Source: Podarcis vaucheri (Eukaryota). Taken from it: a stretch of 64,000 bases of DNA. The stretch lies in NCBI GenBank assembly GCA_965113315.1, contig OZ220365.1. The stretch is one strand, 5' to 3'. How positions within the stretch are numbered: position 1 is the first letter of the stretch; every line of letters starts with the position of its first letter. Under the pieces are notes generated by a model that ran no database searches, was not told where the DNA came from, and was given only the letters and a program-made list of their open reading frames with translations. The position numbers and the translations under genes were made by a program. Positions 13,441 through 64,000 of this stretch are shown here, in pieces.

Positions 13441-13800
13441 GTTTCTTTGGATCCATCCGCCAAAGTGTTTCTCAGCCTTAATAAAAACATTTTCTTTTGG
13501 GGCAATGCCCTTGATGTTTCTCACAATTTCCTGTCTTACTGAAAGAAATGTATATAAAATGATATGCAGTTAATTATATCTATTTCTGATATTCCAGAAA
13601 TACTACAGTCAGTGTTATCTACATTTGTTTTAAATACAGCAAATATTTTTATTGTCAAATATTTGTCTAAAGAAGGAGTTTCATAAACTGCTACTAAAGG
13701 TCTTTCAATTTCTCTGTAAAATATGGTGTTGCATCTACCATGGGGAAAACAAATCTTTGTAAGTTTCCTGAAACTCAGCAACCCTACAGTAATGAAAGGA
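13441..13800 (+). pseudogene. GAIN subdomain B relic (best-preserved segment)
   Basis: One frame reads KVFLSLNKNIFFWGNALDVSHNFLSY*..NDMQLIISISDIPEILQSVL..NMVLHLPWGKQIFVSFLKLSNPT with 4 stops; resembles the PKD1L NPF.W..DVS..V..L.E.+.I.L pattern. Confidence 0.7.
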
Positions 13801-15520
13801 ATGCCAAACATTCATTTTCAGAAAGTTAAATTAAAACCATGTTACTACCACCTGTAATTATAACATGATTTTGTAAAATTAAAACCATAACATCACTAGT
13901 TAGACTACATCGTTACATATTTTAAATAGCTATTTTATTCTGAAACGGGGAATCTTACTTGTGTAGGACAAACCTCATTATAACAGAAGCAGTTCACAAA
14001 GAACCTATTACATCTCAATGACAGTGGAACTAAAATATTTCTCTTTAAGGATAATGCAACTCGACACAAATGCAGGAATTTCAAAATATACTACTGGAGA
14101 CTGTGTGAGAGATTTCAGAAATACATTTTTCTAGCAAAGAAAACAATAACATTACTGGGACTTAGCACAATGCACTGCTGAGATATCACTGATAATAAGC
14201 TGTTACAATTAAAAGAACGAACAAACCTCAACATCCTCTATTCTAAATGTACAATACCAAAATAATTCTAAGACTTATGTAGAAGAAAAAACAACTTGCA
14301 TGCAAAACAAAAGCCAATGATCTTATTGAAGAGAAATAATTTTAAAATGATAGAACTGCACCCTCTGCTTGTATTTTTAGTGTGCTATACTGGTGATAAT
14401 AGAAATGTCAGTGTTTTTGCATGTGAATTCAATCAACAGAATTACTGTGGGATATATAATACAAAAAAGGAAAGCCTTTATAGTCACAATCATCCTTCTT
14501 CTAATTAAAAACTAATTTCTTTCAGCGTAAGTAACTTTGAAATACAGATCCAGTACCAATAGATTGTAATTCATATAAATACCTTAGCTATATTTGTACA
14601 CATATAAGCAACCATAAAAAGAGCAGGATAAACTTGCAAATCTTATTAGCACTGCCAATTAAGGTCTTTATTCACATTCTACATCTTAAATATAAGGCTC
14701 CAGAGTAACTGAAAAATATAGTACTTTATTAAAAGATTAATTAAAACCTTCATACAATTCTATAATGTAAAATAAAAGTATCAGGTTCAAATGGGGGCCA
14801 CAAAAATAGTAGGAAAATGAAATGGTGAAGATACTAAAACAGAAAAGCTTGTAGTACAAAATCACTTCAGTTCTAACTTAATATTAATCCTGTATTAATT
14901 TGTTACTCATCTCAGGATGACATGTGTACCTTCTAGATATCAATTTTTCTAATTCCAGAAATAACTAACAGCAGTGTGGGACTTACTGCAAATCATACCT
15001 TCATACATTTTCCAGATATATGCTTTCTCTTTTTTGTGATATGATGCAAAAGACTACTGTAGCAATTGCTCTTGCAATGCAATCATATTCAAGTTTACTC
15101 AGAAGGAAGACCCACCGAGTTTAATAGGGCTTATTTCAGGGTAAATTGGTGTAGGATTGCAGTCTTACTACAGTTCCAGTTTTGTGCTGAAATAAGCATA
15201 TATGCAGCCTCTTTTGTGAGCTGGGGCCTTAATAACTCATTAATACAACATATTATATAATTATTTACTTGAAAACTACATACCTTATTTTCGTTCAAAG
15301 CTGCAACTTCAGAGAGAGGAAATCATTTTAGGTTAACATAGTTCGAATATCTCTAGAACATATCACTGTAGCTTTACTGTATTTGATGAGCAGTTTTTAA
15401 CTGATTTGCACTAATTGCTTAAATGGCCGCTTTTTCTTTCTTTTTTGGAATACAAAAATTGCCCAATGCCCAACTTTCAATCCCAAAACATTGATATATT
15501 ACATAACAAATGTTGACCAC

Positions 15521-15815
15521 TGTTTATTCTGATAAAATTCAAACTGTAACACATCATGCCTCTAAAGACACTTCCCTAAGATGGAAATAAACACTTTAGG
15601 CAGGTGAGCCCTGTTCATTATCTAAATACAGCATGAAACACAAAATGTAAATGTAACCATTAATCATGCGATAACCCTTCTGTATGTTATCGATCCAGCT
15701 GTAAATTACCTCAAGTCCAGCCATACGTTGCATCCATTTTCATCCTTTTCACTTGTCTGCTTTCATAATAATATTGCTGTCTTAACCCGCCGTCTCCCAC
15801 TATCTAAGTAATAAA
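15521..15815 (+). pseudogene. GPS motif, single hydrophobic segment and polyA signal relic
   Basis: CLF* (15521-15532), W (15582-15584), QVSP (15601-15612), TKCKCNH*S (15640-15666), in-frame PYVASIFILFTCLLS (15721-15765), AATAAA 15810-15815. Confidence 0.7.
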
Positions 15816-16844
15816 CCAGGGCAAACGCAAATGTTGACATTGCACCTTTTAATAACACCAGGAAGTCACTTCATGCTCCTCTTTTAAGCCAGAGGGAGAG
15901 AGTCAATAACAAAGGAAAAGCTGTAGAGACAAGGCGTATGAAAAATATATATACATTTTTATTTCTTCCTTACACACACATACATATAAACACGCTCGCC
16001 CACCCCTAATGAGTAACACTTAGGAAAGAGGAAAAAAACAAACCAAAACCACGCATGACATTGCAACTTACAAGCAGATGGGAATCTGTAGCATTTAAAG
16101 GCGACAAGGAGGCATGTGGAAGAAGAGAGAAAGCCTGGAGAGGACGGGCCCGACCTGCTCCCCCCCCTCCCCCAGCAGGCCCTGGCACGGCGAGGGCCGA
16201 GAAGAGCCTCTCACGCCCGCCTCGCCCAGTGGGGCCTGCGGTCCCTGGGGGCATTTTTTTTTTTTGCCTCATTCGGTTCCTAGTTCGGCTACATTGAAAC
16301 TGAGCAACTTCCAGCGCCACCGCCGCCAAAGGGCCTCTCTCTCTCGCGCGCACAACCCCCCCGCTTCCATCGCTCCTCCCGCCTCCGCGCGCGCCGTATC
16401 CCTCCGCCGCCGAGGCCTCCCAGCCCTTCTCTTACAGAGAAAGCGTCTTTCAGCCGAAGCTGCCCGCCCACCCATCCACACCCCGCCTCTGCCCGCTCGC
16501 TCCGACATCTTCGCTCGGCTTTCCCCCCCACTAGTCCGGAGCGAGCTTCAGCTCGAGCGCGTTGTTTTGTGTGGGGAGGGGGGAAAAGAGAGGCAGGGCT
16601 CTCTAGGGCGGGGAGCGCAATACCACCACCACCCAACCCCGGGGAAGGCGACCTGAAGGAAAGGGAGTGAAGGGGGTTGAGGTGGGGGGGGGGGCGTGTG
16701 CGTGTTTGTGTGTGCGCGCGCCCGCCCTGAGGGGAGGGGGGGCTGGGACTCTTTGTCTCGGCGGAGGGATTGCGTTCTCTACTCCGCCCGCTCTCTCGCT
16801 CGCTCGCTCGCGCCCGAAGCTGGCTGGCTGGCTGACGAGAGAGG

Positions 16845-16868
16845 CAGCAGCAGCAGCAGCAGCAGCAG
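16845..16868 (+). repeat. (CAG)8 in PHIP 5' region
   Basis: Direct reading; (GCC)5 follows at 16921-16935. Confidence 0.95.
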
Positions 16869-16957
16869 CGCTTGGGTTGGCGGCGGGTTTTGCTGCGAGT
16901 TGTTGTTTCCTCCTCCTGCTGCCGCCGCCGCCGCCGCTACTGCCGCCCGGGGCTTGA

Positions 16958-17011
16958 ATGGTGGAGCCGAGCGCCTCGCTGCTGCGGCTGTTGCCGCCGA
17001 ACAAACAGTGA
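16958..17011 (+). promoter_or_regulatory. Upstream ORF MVEPSASLLRLLPPNKQ* in probable PHIP 5' UTR
   Basis: tgaATGg at 16958 and TGA at 17009-17011; ends 94 nt before the main ATG, out of frame. Confidence 0.6.
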
Positions 17012-17105
17012 CAGCTCCCGGGCGAGCGCCGGCGTCGTCTTCGGGTCGCAGGGCCCCGCCGCCGGGGGAGCTCGGCCTCAGCCAGCCGGGCTCCTCTGGC
17101 TCGCC

Positions 17106-64000
<46,895 letters not shown>

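Larger units (their letters stand above)
32..15815 (+). pseudogene. Decayed multi-exon polycystin-1/REJ-family gene (REJ-GAIN-GPS-TM); 5' part lies left of the window
   Basis: Collinear translated relics in family order: IEGG..YD (51-119), LKRRYIFRFRIV (1362-1397), YFVSSSNEMVNL*AATCIGH (3798-3857), YYTFTF..GVLIRAFTIQQWC (5755-5944), CVVYS..LLPMG..IVATDD (10269-10352), SLRKILFVALRNISV (~10885-10929), KNIFFWGNALDVS..ISISDIPEILQSVL (13441-13617), CLF*..TKCKCNH*S (15521-15666), hydrophobic segment 15721-15765. Many stops, frameshifts and TE insertions. Homology judged by eye. Confidence 0.75.

Noticed and set aside
1-16000. HMGN3, the expected upstream neighbour of PHIP
   Set aside because: No HMGN-like exon recognised; probably outside the window.

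Overview
Eukaryotic DNA from a squamate lizard, probably a lacertid (inferred from its SINE, L2, Penelope and MITE content). From 17,106 to the right edge the + strand carries the first 30 coding exons of PHIP (BRWD2/DCAF14). All introns are GT-AG and the spliced frame stays open for 1,165 codons, covering the N-terminus, WD40 propeller, acidic/basic linker and cryptic Tudor region; the bromodomains lie beyond the window. A CpG island at ~16.1-17.8 kb holds the promoter, a short uORF and triplet repeats. The main surprise is the 15.8 kb upstream of PHIP. It contains about a dozen decayed, collinear + strand segments that read as a polycystin-1/REJ-family gene: REJ module, GAIN domain, GPS motif (TKCKCNH*S), one hydrophobic segment, then AATAAA just before the PHIP island. 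This looks like a pseudogene of a possibly single-pass REJ receptor. PHIP introns contain two Penelope remnants with minimal hammerhead ribozyme motifs, a 62-bp-arm near-perfect hairpin, a partial ghost copy of exon 15, a 170-bp tandem duplication, a DIRS relic and nested SINEs. Comparisons with human or family proteins are from recalled sequences, not computed alignments.
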